Part shown: one piece after another, positions 34,301-43,961 of the stretch
Layout: every line of letters starts with the position of its first letter
Numbering within the stretch: the first letter of the stretch is position 1
Source: Camelus ferus
Lineage: Eukaryota
Assembly: GCF_009834535.1 (NCBI RefSeq)
Contig: NC_045697.1
Span: 17,982,001-18,046,000, forward strand
DNA: 64,000 bases
Direction: 5' to 3'
The notes under the pieces: generated by a model
The model's input: the letters and a program-made list of their open reading frames with translations, nothing else
What the model was told of the DNA's origin: nothing
The model's database searches: none
Program-made: the position numbers and the translations under genes

Positions 34301-37300
34301 AAAATTATTGAGGGCTTCAGAGAGCATTTATGTGGGTTGTATCTATCAATAATAGACATTATTAAGTATTAGAAATTAAACAGAATAAAGAATTATTTAT
34401 TTCTTAATTCACTTAAAAACAACAAACCCACTTTCTATTACATGCTAATATAAATATTTTTAATGAAAAGTAACATATTTCACAAAACAAAGTGAAGAGT
34501 GACATTGTTTTATAGTTTTGCATATCTCTTTGATGTTTGGCTTAAGCAAAGGCACCTATATTCTCATCCTTCTGTATTTGATATGTTGTGATATATTGTT
34601 CTGGGTAATGTGTATAAAGAAAGTCTGGTTTCACACAGGTATGTAGTTGGAGAGGGAGAAGTATTTTAATAGCTTTTTCTATAATTGTGAATATTCTTTG
34701 ATACAACACCAAATTCTGACAGATGATAGTATCTTATGTTAGTTTCAATGTGTAATCTAAATTGCATCAGTGGACTTTTCATATTCTGATACATTAAAAT
34801 TCATTCATCTACCTTCACTTTGGATGTTTCACCCCATGCATGATTTTGTAATATCACTATTGGTCATTTGGAAAATATTCACTGAATTATGAAGATCTTC
34901 CATGTGCTGACACCTTTCTTCATACATTATCCAAAAGTCAGATTCCATTCCATTCATATCATCTCCGGTCTCATCAGACAGTCTTTAACTACAGTAGGCT
35001 GCCGAGCACACAGTAGCAGGTACAGGTTTTTCAAAATTTCAATTTTTGCTTGAATGTTTAAATTTTATCTTTGGCAGCAAGTACTGTCAGTTGTTTTGCT
35101 TAAAGTGACAGGCTCATTTTACTTATTCAAGAAAATATCTGCCAAATACCCAAGAATGAATAATCATAATTAGTCTGCCAGTCATTCTTTTGAGTAAAAA
35201 TGGAATTCCATTAACAACAAAGAAGTGCCTGGCTTGACTCACAACTACATTTTCATAAATGTTTTTCCTCATGATAACTGTCATGCTTTGGTATGCAGCA
35301 AGAGTGCTTTATTTATGCTTCCCAGTTCTGTCACTCAGAATATTGAAAAGATTTTGTAGATTTTTTGATCAAATTAATAATTTTAATAGTCTCATCAGAG
35401 ATTAGTGAACCTGTTTGTGGCAAAAAGGAATACAGTGACTGTGGTTTGGGGCCACTACTTTGACTCTTGGTGACAGTGCCAGCAGTTTTCCTGACCTGTG
35501 CTTTTGACCATCAGTGCAGATGTCATTACAATGAAAAGAGCAAATAACGTCCTGGTACTATTATAAAAATAGTAATGAGCTCATGGATCTCTGAAAGCAT
35601 CTTGCAGACTATCAGAGTAGCTTTAAGAACTACTGCCATAAAGTAGATTGACAGTTGATACTTTTCAAATTAATTTATAAACTTACATATATAAGTTTAA
35701 AATGTGCTTCATGAAAAATAGAGCATGAAATTTAAGCACAATTTATGGTCTCTACATCTACAGTATTGTAATCTTTTAGTAGTAGTTTGCCGCTTGTTCA
35801 GTTGCTTGGCATTTAACAAATTTTGGTCATCTCACAGAGTAATGTAGTTTACTGCACTTGGCAGTACAACAAAATAAACTTAAGTAGAATCACTTAATTA
35901 TAAACAATTTTGGAGCCTAATTCTTTGGTGTACTAAACTTAAATTTTTAATTCTGTATTTCTAGTACCTGAAAGATGAAGATGACGATCTTGTGTCCCCC
36001 CCTAACACAGAAGGGAACCAGTGGTATGACTTTCTTCAAAACAGCAGCCACCTTAAAGGTATTTCATGAACCAAGTGGATTGTGGCCATATTTATATTTA
36101 TTTGAAACCAGTACATCAGCAAGTGTGCTTGCTGAATACTTAACTAAGTTCTTTAGATTTATCTTTTGTGTTCGTTTTATTTGATTAGAGAAACAGTAAA
36201 ATAATAAGTGTATGACATTACCATGATCAAAAATGCTGTTGTTAACTGTGATGTAGTAACATTGCTTATTTTAAGTATTGTACTGTCTGTTTTGCAACCT
36301 ATAAAAAATAGAATATTGGGAAGAAAACTGTAGAGACTATTAGTCAGAGGAGTCTATTTTGCCAGTTCCAATTTATTAACTTTAAAGAGTATATAGTGCT
36401 TATAACTCTATTACAGTAATAATGCATGGCTGTGTGCTCCTGAGGTTGTATTTTTTTGTTTGTTTATGTGTTGTACCTTTCGTTCTCTAGGATGTTGATA
36501 CAGACTTTATTTAGCCAACATTATTGGGATGCAGCTCAAAATAGCAACCATTAATTAAATATGTCAGAACTTCTCCATTTTAGATGAAAATGTTTTTAAA
36601 GCAGTTATTTCTTTGCTTTCTCAAAGTCGTCCGACCACAGTTTAGCTGTTTGTTCTATAGACATGCATGATCACCTCCTTGAATCCTCCCAGGAACCTGT
36701 GGAGTTGGTACTTGTTTTCCTCATTTTGCTAATGAGGAAACTGAAAGTTAGAGAAGGCGCAAGATGGTAAGCTAGAGTTAGGATTCTGCTAACTTCAGAG
36801 CCTGAGTTTTTAACTGGACTCTGCTTCTCTCTGGTGGCTGTTCAATCTGAATGAGTGAATGAAGGGGGAGGCAGAGAATTCTCAGGCCCAGGAGTTTGCT
36901 TGCTTATTGCTCTTTTGTTTTAGCCTAGAAGTCCAAATTCTTCTTCACAGCAGAACATATTTTATATTGCTTCAGAGTCTTAGGATCACTAAAGAGAAGT
37001 ATTGATGTAGGTTAGCTGTTGAATGCAGGGAGAATAAAAGTACAGCTGACTCAGCTCACTCACTGTATTTGATCAGGATGCCCAAGGAGTAAGGAAGGAT
37101 GCCTGGGGAGGGCTGACGGCAGTGTGCCAGGAGTGGTGGCACCTGGACCCTGTCACTGCATCGGGCATAATACCTACCCTGGGAACTTCGGGCTAAAAAT
37201 AGATACTACCCATTTTTCTCCCCACGTCATCTGTGGCTGAATAGAAAGACCTAATCTTAGTTACAGGCCTCATGTTTAACTAGGATTCACTTTAGATTAA

Positions 37301-40300
37301 TTCCATCTCTTAGATACTTAAGATTTTTCTAGTATGTGTATTTGGACAAGCTCATTAATCTCCCAGTTTCTTAGTCTAGTATGAAGCAAAACCGACTATC
37401 ATCATGAAACTATTAAGAAACTTTAATAAAACGTCTTTCTAGCAATTTGCAGAAGTCAAGTGCTAAATACTTAAATGCTCGTGCCTTCTCGGGGGACGTG
37501 AGAGTCTGTGTGGTATGTGGGCAAAGGTGGGTGCGCTGGCAGCTGGGCTGCCTGGGCTGGAGTCGTGCTCTGCTGCTTCCTGCTGGTGGGGCCGAGGGCA
37601 CGTTGGCTGGCCTCTGTGTGCCCCAGTTTTCTTATCTGTAAAAGGAGGATGATAATAGTGCCTCCCTTACACAGCTGTTGTGAAGATTGAATAAATTAAT
37701 CTAGATAAAGCATGTAGGGTAGTGTCTGGCACATAACATGTAAGCAGTCAGTATGCGTCTGAGCTGTTTTTACTCAAAACACGTCTGACACCAAAATGAG
37801 AGGGTTTTTCCTTCTGAGTGAGACCAGTTTTGACACCAGTTAGGTGTCCTACAAGTCAATTCTGACACTAACTATGCAGCGTTAGCACCCGACTCCACGG
37901 GTTTAATTACTTAGTCCCACAAGACTGCCCCCACTTTAGAGTTCAGTCACGACTATCAGGTCCCCAGTTTACCCACATTTCTGTCTCACTTGGCTACAAA
38001 GTTGGGGGTTCCCCTACCCCCCCCCCCACTTTAGGTTTAGTAATTTGCTAAAATGGCTCACAAAACTCAGAAACACTTAACTTACATTTACTGGTTTATT
38101 ATAAAGGATACAACTTAGGAATAGCCAAGTAGAAGAGATGCACAGGGCAAGATATGGGGGATGCCTGGGGCGTCCATCCCCTCTCCAGCCCACTGCCCTC
38201 CCAGCACCTTAATGCGTTCCTCCACCCGGAGGCCTTGGGATCTGTTGGTTATGTTTTTTTTTTTTTTTAATGGAGTTTTCATTATGTAGACATGATTAAC
38301 TCACTGACTGTTGGGGACTAGACTCAACTCCAGGAGAGAGAATCCCTACCTGGAGCTTGGTGGGTAGGGCTGAAAGTTCCAAGCTTCTAATAACAAGGCT
38401 TGGTCTTCATGGGGACCAGCGCCCATCCTGAAGCTGTCTAGGGGCCTCATTAAAACAGAGGGTACCCTTATCATCCTTGTCACTCAGGAAATTCCAAGAG
38501 TTTTAAGGAGCTCTGGGTCAGGAACTGGGGACAAAGACCAAACTATCTTCTATGAAACCAATTAAAATGTTAGCATAATTAAAATTGCTTTTATCCAGCA
38601 TAGCTGAGCCATGAGGTGCTGTGAGAGGGGCCTACAGAGCACAGTGGAAGACGGTGGGCTTGGGAGTTGGACTTGGATTTGATTCATAGGTCTAGATTCA
38701 TAGTCATTCTCATGCTGGCCAATTGCCTAAACCTCCTAAGCCTCATTTTTTTTTTAATCGATAAAAATAGAATGATGCCTACTTTATACAGCTGTTGTGA
38801 ACAATAGAAATAACAGACAGAAAAAGAACCTAGTATACTTTGTCACTAAATGACAAATTATGTATAACTGTCTGTTGATAAAGTAGCCTTTTCAAAAGTA
38901 AAGAGCTTATTTTCATGGTACCCGTTTCTTGTCCTTTCTGTTTTCACTGCCATAGTCTTCCGAAAACAATACTGGATTGCTGCTTTTACTCCACTGTGGC
39001 AAAGAACAGAGAATGAACTCTATTTCATTACATGTCTTATGATTCCCAGATCATCCCTTTCTTCTTACAGCCAACAGAAGCACACTGTTGGATTTTGGTG
39101 GGAAAAGTAAAATACAGAATAATAAGCTGCTGGGACTCAGCTTGTAGTAAGTGTGGTGGTTTTCAGTGGGCTGGCAGCAGGGGATGATGAAAGACAGAGG
39201 CATGGTCATTTTTAATGAGGTCGTGTGAAGGTATATTGTAGTGGCCAGGGAGAATTCCACCGTCAGATAAGCTGTGTGGGCTGGCTCTAGGAGTAGACTG
39301 CTTTCTCCTAATTGCCTGGTTTGTTATAGCTTTTTTTGGTTTTTGTTTGTTTTTGTTTGAAACCAGAAAGTCCTTTGCTGTTTCCTTATTATCCTCGAAA
39401 ATCATTGCATTTTGTGAAAAGGCGGATGGAGAACATTATTGATCAGTGCTTGCAAAAGCCAGCAGTAAGTTTGAAAGAAATGCATGTTTTTGTGTAGGAG
39501 CAAGAATACCTACAATGTGGCTCACTTATGTAAACGATCATAGTTATTAAGATGAACCATATCAGAATGCTGATATTCAACTGTTTTGACTGACAAAAAT
39601 GGCAGTTTCATAAGGTTCACCCTAATAGTTCCTCTTACTGATCATTTCTTGTATAAGTTAAAAAATAAGTACAAGGTTATTGAAAGTGTTGGCATCTTTT
39701 AGTATTTTATTTGTTCCCAGAACAAATTTATTATAAATGGTCTTAGTTACAGAGCTGATGTGTCTGTTTACTACCAAAAAGTGGACGATTGATGCTGTGA
39801 GACCAGAAGAGGTAGTTTTTAACCTGCCATCGCTTGTCTCCAAGGTCCTTTTCAGCTCAGAATTTTCTCTCTTCCTTACTGTCATGACTGTCATTAAAGT
39901 TTCTTAGGTGAAAGTTTGGTGATATAGATGATTTTTTTACTAGACTTAAATAATGATGATCAGTCAGTATCTGTGGAGTATTTATTTGTGTGTATGTACA
40001 TGCTTTAATTATATTTTAAAATCTTGTTTAGGATGTAATTGGAAAATCGATGAATCAAGCAATATGTATTCCATTATATAGAGATGCTAGAAGGTAATTC
40101 TGTTTACCTTTTGGGTGGTATAAATTAGCAGCCAATTAAAATTTTTCTCACTTTTTTTTTCTTTTGTTTTAGTGAGGACTCCACACGTAGACTGTTCAAA
40201 TTTCCTTTTCTGTAAGTGTGTGTTTCTCCCTATCTCGTGAACAGTACAGGTTTTGTTCCATGCATTGATAGCTAAATATCATGTTTTGACATTAATTTTT

Positions 40301-43300
40301 TTCCTTAGGTGGAATAATAAAACGTCAAATCTACATTATCTTATTTTTACTATTTTAGAAGATTCACTTTATAAAATGTGCATCTTAAGAAGACATACTG
40401 ATATTTCCCAGTAAGTATTAATCTGAAGTTTGAATCAAAGAGATAAGATTTTATTATTTTTTAATAATAAAACATATAGCTTCCCTTCCCTACATTTCAA
40501 GTTTTACTTAAGTTCCTTTATGACTTTAGGCTTGTTAACTGTTCTTAGTCTCAGTTTTCACATTATGAAGATGATATTACCAAATTAGGAAGATACACTA
40601 TCCATTCTAATTCTAGATTATTTTTGTACTGGTGAATAGCTGTTACATGTAGAATTTTTTTTTTAGAGTTAGGAAAAATATAACAGCAAAAACTCAGGAT
40701 TGTATCTCATGAATTTGTGGAAGTTCAAAACTGCATTTTGGGTTCCTTACAGAGAGAGTTTTTACCTCAGGTTAAGTATGCCTTTCATTAAGAAAGAGGC
40801 CTGGCCGATAGAGACTTTTTTTGAGAATCCAAATAAAAATTCTTAAGGATGAATCATATTCATAATGTTACTAGTATCTTAAATACTTTTACATCTAAAT
40901 TTGAAGGAAATTTTTGATACCAAGGTGTAGCCAAAGAGAAATAATTTGGTTGTCCCAGACATCCTCATTTTGTAAGGTATCTTGCTACTTTGGTGACTAA
41001 GATTTTAAACCAATTTGTAATTTTGATACTAGGTTTATCCATCAGGGGTTTAAATTAATTATCAGAATTCTGGAGTGAGTGTAATGGTATTTTGGCCTGG
41101 GATTTGGTGATTAGGGAAATGTACATCACTGACCACCATGTTCTTTCAAGCATATTTAGATTATTCCCTATCCAAGTTGATCCACAAAGTCTCTTTTTTC
41201 CCCCTCTTCTTTCTTCAAGATCTGTAAGTAATGGACTTATTGCTATTAAATTTGGGAGCTTCACATACGCCACAACTGAAAAAGTAAGAAGAAGGTAAAT
41301 CTTTTTTTTTTTTTTTTAATTGAGGTATAGTCAGTTTACAATGTGTCAATTTCTCGTGTACAGCATAATGTTTCAGTCATACATATACATTCATATATTC
41401 ATTTTCATATGAGAAGGTAAAGCTTGAATCTTGTTTGGATGAGATGTATATATAGTAAATACAATTACAGGAATATGGTTAGCCTCAGTTACAGTGATGA
41501 TATTCTTAGAAGGCCTTTGTCACTTGCGCCATGTGGGGCTGGGTTGGTTACTTAGAGGATGATTTGACTTACAGTTGAATAGAACCTTACTGCCCTGCAG
41601 GAATTTAAGTAGTGTGATTTCCCATAATTAATACTTCTGAGCTCTCTGTCTGCTAAGACAGTAATGTAATTCCAGGGGGCAGATGGCTGATGGTGTCATT
41701 ATGACCAACAGAGATGTGAGGTGGTGTCCTTCTCACTGCTGTGGGGTTTTCTTAGGGCACAAAGGGTAACAATACCTCTGTTATCCTGAGGCTTTGCAGG
41801 GGAAAGAGCTGACACTAATCCTAGACAGACCTTTTTCTCACTCTTTTCCCTACATAAAGGAAGTTTTTTATGATAGTGTCTTTGAAGTTGTTGTGTCTTT
41901 TCATATGTAGATCTTATTTTTACTTTTCATTCTAGTTAACTCTGTTTACTCAATATATATATGGTGTCATTCATGGAATTTCCACAGGCTTAAGTCCTGA
42001 CCATTGAGGTCACAGGTTTTCTGGAACTGTGAGCCAGCTTCACAGATGTTTTTTCTTTTCATGTTTCCCTATTTTCAGGGCCTAGTTATATTTGTGTATA
42101 ATCAGTACAACAGGTAACTGTGACTTCAGTGTAAACTAATGATATATTTTAAATGTTACCATGTAGACTGTCACTTGCTATTTTTATTGTCAGTTTTCTC
42201 TGCCTGGTATCAGTATAATGTTACATATGCAGTATTTTCTCAGTCATGATAACATCTTTGATATAACAAAAGTTATTTTAATTCTAGCACCTACAGTTGT
42301 TTAGATGCACAGTTTTATGATGATGAAACTGTAACAGTAGTTCTTAAAGACACTGTAGGACGTGAAGGAAGAGACAGACTCTTGGTCCAGCTGCCATTGT
42401 CTTTAGTGTATAACAGTGAAGATTCTGCAGAATATCAATTCACTGGGACTTACTCTACAAGGTAACTAACTCCGTAAGGCGGTCTTTCTGGTAGAACAGT
42501 TAAATTTTTTTTTTTTTAACTGTATCTTGTATATTCTAGTTCTCTAGGTATGATAGATAATGGTTACTAAGGATAATCATAAAGTCAGCTGAACAGAAAC
42601 ACTCCTATTTTTTAACTGAAAAATTACTGGCTTCAACAGCTCTTCTGTCCTTTTGTTTATTATTATTAGTAAATGAAGAATTATTTGCTGGAGCAAGGTG
42701 GGGAATTATTTGGAGTGGAGAATGGAACTTCTGTTCTATTTTCAAGGGTAGCTTTAATCTCAGTTTGTAGTGGAATTATTTTAGATTTGCCTCTAGTGTT
42801 TTCCTTTTAGGATTAAGACCTAGGTAGCCATGTGGAGGATACATGGTCAATTCCAAGAGATGGCTTTAGATCGAGATTTAAGTAAGGAGATCTCTTCTCT
42901 AATTTAAAATGTGTCCATTTGCTCAGAAAGCTAAGTAAGTTTCCTGCCTTAATAAGATATTTGGAATTGCAATATTTTCATAGAATATAGTGACACAGCT
43001 TTTTAATAGAGTGGCTGGTAGATTATGTTGGAAGTGGGAATATTGGTAGAAATCAAACCCTGATACCACCCCTAGGAAGCTGGGCAGCAGAGCCCCATTT
43101 CACGCCTGGGTTTGTTTTCTTCCCTCTCTAGGCTAGATGAGCAGTGTAGTGCTATTCCCACACGTACCATGCATTTCGAGAAGCACTGGAGGTTACTGGA
43201 AAGTATGAAAGCACAGTATGTGGCTGGGAATGGTTTTCGAAAAGTGTCCTGTGTGGTAAGTATTTACAGATTGTTACCAAGAGTAACAGAAGGAAGTGAC

Positions 43301-43855
43301 TTAGGATCTCTAAGCTCCTCTCAGTGTAAACATTTTGTGATGTAAAGCATTTATTGATCATGAGCATGTAGTGGCCTTAGCTGTATAGTTCTCTTGTTCT
43401 GAGAAAGCTTATTTAGTAATTAATAATAGTTTTAGATTTTAATAATCATGTAATTGTCACTGTATGTGGAGATCCTTTTATACAAAATGAAAGCCTGATT
43501 TAGTGACTGTTGTAAATTGATGGGAATGTAACTTTCCTTAAACCCACTCTTTGCTTTGATTTCTGATTTCTAATTTTTTATATTAGTTATCTCATTTTTA
43601 AGTTTCTTTATTTGGCCTTTTCTTTAGTTAAGCTCGAACCTCCGTCATGTGAGAGTATTTGAAATGGACATAGACGATGAATGGGAGCTTGATGAGTCTT
43701 CAGATGAAGAGGAGGAGGCCGGTAATAAGCCTGTAAAAATAAAGGAAGAAGTGTTGTCTGAGTCCGAAGCAGAGAACCAGCAAGCTGGTACTGCTGCTTT
43801 AGCTCCAGAGATGGTCATTAAAGTGGAGAAAGTTGACCCTGAGCTAGATTCATGA
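10191..43855 (+). CDS. ANAPC4: Anaphase-promoting complex subunit 4, complete spliced CDS (28 coding exons, 2427 nt, 808 aa)
   Basis: Manual splicing of the 28 exons below gives an uninterrupted frame from MLRFPTCFPSFRVVGEKQLPQ to VIKVEKVDPELDS*. All introns are GT-AG and phases are consistent. The length equals the 808 aa I recall for human APC4. Confidence 0.98.
11270..12650 (-). mobile_element. LINE-2 remnant including the ORF2 endonuclease region (intron 2)
   Basis: The minus-strand frame 11937-12137 reads AVTHRPLGHPPPFL...IVILGDFK, and 11834-11860 reads GHACDLVIT. These are degenerate APE-endonuclease motifs (YRPP, ILGDFN, GHTLDL). Confidence 0.7.
13120..13225 (+). CDS. ANAPC4: ANAPC4 exon 3
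   Basis: cttag|VLLHRLASFHRVWSFPPNENTGKEVTCLAWRPDGK|gtaatg; 106 nt. Confidence 0.96.
14871..15003 (+). CDS. ANAPC4: ANAPC4 exon 4
   Basis: ttctag|LAFALADTKKIVLCDVEKPESLHSFSVEAPVSCMHWMEVTVES|gtagag; 133 nt. Confidence 0.96.
16517..16591 (+). CDS. ANAPC4: ANAPC4 exon 5
   Basis: tttag|VLTSFYNAEDESNLLLPKLPTLPK|gtaagt; 75 nt. Confidence 0.96.
16734..16760 (+). CDS. ANAPC4: ANAPC4 exon 6 (27-nt micro-exon)
   Basis: ctctag|YSNTSKIF|gtaaga. Confidence 0.93.
16855..16899 (+). CDS. ANAPC4: ANAPC4 exon 7
   Basis: tttag|EENSDEIIKLLGDV|gtaagt; 45 nt. Confidence 0.95.
17534..17618 (+). CDS. ANAPC4: ANAPC4 exon 8
   Basis: attag|LNILVLGGSAGFIELYAYGMFKIARVTG|gtaagt; 85 nt. Confidence 0.96.
18246..18350 (+). 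CDS. ANAPC4: ANAPC4 exon 9
   Basis: tacag|IVGTCLALCLSSDLKSLSVVTEVSAGGASEVSYFQ|gtgagt; 105 nt. Confidence 0.96.
19639..19722 (+). CDS. ANAPC4: ANAPC4 exon 10
   Basis: tacag|LETNLLYSFLPEVTRMARKFTHISALLQ|gtattt; 84 nt. Confidence 0.96.
20045..20488 (-). mobile_element. Old MLT1-family (MaLR) LTR remnant
   Basis: Contains gctcatgattctgtaggtt...tttgagctgagctcagctgg...ggccagttcagatcgaagga...gagaaattgactcc, typical of MLT1F/G/H-like LTRs. Confidence 0.6.
20844..20930 (+). CDS. ANAPC4: ANAPC4 exon 11
   Basis: aatag|YINLSLTCMCEAWEEILMQMDSRLTKFVQ|gtaacg; 87 nt. Confidence 0.96.
21324..21388 (+). CDS. ANAPC4: ANAPC4 exon 12
   Basis: tctag|EKNTTTSVQDEFMDLLLWGKA|gtaagt; 65 nt. Confidence 0.96.
22146..22188 (+). 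CDS. ANAPC4: ANAPC4 exon 13
   Basis: tctag|AELQTLLMNQLTVK|gtgcag; 43 nt. Confidence 0.94.
22304..22380 (+). CDS. ANAPC4: ANAPC4 exon 14
   Basis: atcag|GLKKLGQSIESSYSSIQKLVISHLQ|gtatga; 77 nt. Confidence 0.96.
23030..23550 (+). mobile_element. LINE-2 3' end remnant
   Basis: Pyrimidine-rich L2 body (cagggcttgtgtacatccgtcttgccttctggaac) ending in atccccagtatctagcgtagtgcctgac...tatctgttgaatg. Confidence 0.7.
23862..23962 (+). CDS. ANAPC4: ANAPC4 exon 15
   Basis: gttag|GSESLLYHLSELKGMASWKQKYEPLGLDAAGIE|gtagta; 101 nt. Confidence 0.96.
24049..24100 (+). CDS. ANAPC4: ANAPC4 exon 16
   Basis: tttag|AITAVGSFILKANELL|gtaagt; 52 nt; the preceding intron is 86 nt. Confidence 0.96.
25279..27897 (-). 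mobile_element. Long LINE-2 remnant (~2.6 kb with nested insertions) in intron 16
   Basis: Starts with the reversed L2 3' tail (cattcatcacacacactgagcatttaactatg) and continues as a purine-rich L2 body. An HTLD/VIT endonuclease motif remnant lies at 27827-27849 on the minus strand. Confidence 0.7.
27203..27343 (+). mobile_element. Camelid-type tRNA-derived SINE (Vic-1-like), copy 2, with perfect 16-bp TSD
   Basis: gggtatagctcggtggtagagtgcatgctgagcatgcacaaaggtcctgggttcagtccccagtacctcca plus an A-rich tail. TSD AAGAGTAAGGAAGAGC at 27187-27202 and 27344-27359. Confidence 0.95.
29910..29965 (+). CDS. ANAPC4: ANAPC4 exon 17
   Basis: tttag|VIDSSMKNFKAFFRWLYV|gtaagt; 56 nt. Confidence 0.96.
30428..30603. 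mobile_element. MER3-like hAT-Charlie MITE
   Basis: tccaattacggtagctactggccatgtgtggctatttaaatta...gctagccacatgtggtttgtggctgccatgttggacaacacag. Confidence 0.7.
30693..30815 (+). mobile_element. Camelid-type tRNA-derived SINE (Vic-1-like), copy 3
   Basis: ggggagggtatagctcagtggcagagtgcatgttagcatgcatgaggccctgagttcaatccccagtac plus a (taaa)n tail. Degenerate TSD aaatagctattg / aaacagttgttg. Confidence 0.93.
32390..32436 (+). CDS. ANAPC4: ANAPC4 exon 18
   Basis: tccag|MLRMTEDHVLPELNK|gtagta; 47 nt. Confidence 0.95.
33644..33700 (+). CDS. ANAPC4: ANAPC4 exon 19
   Basis: gatag|MTQKDITFVAEFLTEHFNE|gtagga; 57 nt. Confidence 0.96.
34039..34095 (+). CDS. ANAPC4: ANAPC4 exon 20
   Basis: tctag|APDLYNRKGKYFNVEKVGQ|gtatga; 57 nt. 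Confidence 0.96.
34259..35635 (-). mobile_element. Charlie1a-like hAT DNA transposon fossil (~1.4 kb) in intron 20
   Basis: Inverted termini cagtttttaaac... and ...ctttaagaactactg. The left end ggtctcagaaccctgttacattctcaaaattattgagg...atgtgggttgtatctatc matches the Charlie1-family end as I recall it. No intact ORF. Confidence 0.75.
35965..36058 (+). CDS. ANAPC4: ANAPC4 exon 21
   Basis: tctag|YLKDEDDDLVSPPNTEGNQWYDFLQNSSHLK|gtattt; 94 nt. Confidence 0.96.
37765..38555. mobile_element. MER21-like ERVL solo LTR
   Basis: Hallmark segments: caattctgacactaact...agtcccacaagactgcccccactt...cttggctacaaagttgggggttccc...ggtttattataaaggataca...caggaactggggacaaagaccaaa. Confidence 0.7.
39367..39464 (+). 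CDS. ANAPC4: ANAPC4 exon 22
   Basis: accag|SPLLFPYYPRKSLHFVKRRMENIIDQCLQKPA|gtaagt; 98 nt. Confidence 0.96.
40032..40093 (+). CDS. ANAPC4: ANAPC4 exon 23
   Basis: tttag|DVIGKSMNQAICIPLYRDAR|gtaatt; 62 nt. Confidence 0.96.
40173..40211 (+). CDS. ANAPC4: ANAPC4 exon 24
   Basis: tttag|EDSTRRLFKFPF|gtaagt; 39 nt; the preceding intron is 79 nt. Confidence 0.95.
40309..40410 (+). CDS. ANAPC4: ANAPC4 exon 25
   Basis: cttag|WNNKTSNLHYLIFTILEDSLYKMCILRRHTDIS|gtaagt; 102 nt. Confidence 0.96.
41220..41294 (+). CDS. ANAPC4: ANAPC4 exon 26
   Basis: ttcaag|SVSNGLIAIKFGSFTYATTEKVRR|gtaaat; 75 nt; uses an AAG-type acceptor. Confidence 0.94.
41304..41411 (-). mobile_element. Heavily 5'-truncated L1 3' end (~110 nt) with a 14-bp TSD
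   Basis: A poly-T run followed by aattgaggtatagtcagtttacaatgtgtcaatttc, which aligns by eye to the 3' end of the L1 at 46181-46275. Flanks AGAAGGTAAATCTT (41290-41303) and AGAAGGTAAAGCTT (41412-41425). Confidence 0.85.
42288..42461 (+). CDS. ANAPC4: ANAPC4 exon 27
   Basis: tctag|TYSCLDAQFYDDETVTVVLKDTVGREGRDRLLVQLPLSLVYNSEDSAEYQFTGTYST|gtaact; 174 nt. Confidence 0.96.
43132..43255 (+). CDS. ANAPC4: ANAPC4 exon 28
   Basis: tctag|LDEQCSAIPTRTMHFEKHWRLLESMKAQYVAGNGFRKVSCV|gtaagt; 124 nt. Confidence 0.97.
43628..43855 (+). CDS. ANAPC4: ANAPC4 exon 29 (last exon, coding part); acidic tail
   Basis: tttag|LSSNLRHVRVFEMDIDDEWELDESSDEEEE...VDPELDS*; TGA at 43853-43855. Confidence 0.97.
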   Translation, partial: LSSNLRHVRVFEMDIDDEWELDESSDEEEEAGNKPVKIKEEVLSESEAENQQAGTAALAPEMVIKVEKVDPELDS

Positions 43856-43955
43856 TCTAGCTTGCTGTTACTTTGTTATGTCTTATGTTAGAAAGGACAT
43901 AGGAGGTGGACTGAGATGTGTTGAATCACTTAATTTTCTTTGTGAAATAAGCAGA

Positions 43956-43961
43956 AATAAA
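43956..43961 (+). terminator. ANAPC4 polyadenylation signal (short 3'UTR, ~120 nt)
   Basis: AATAAA 100 nt after the stop codon, followed by a T-rich tract. A second AATAAA lies at 44307-44312. Confidence 0.75.
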
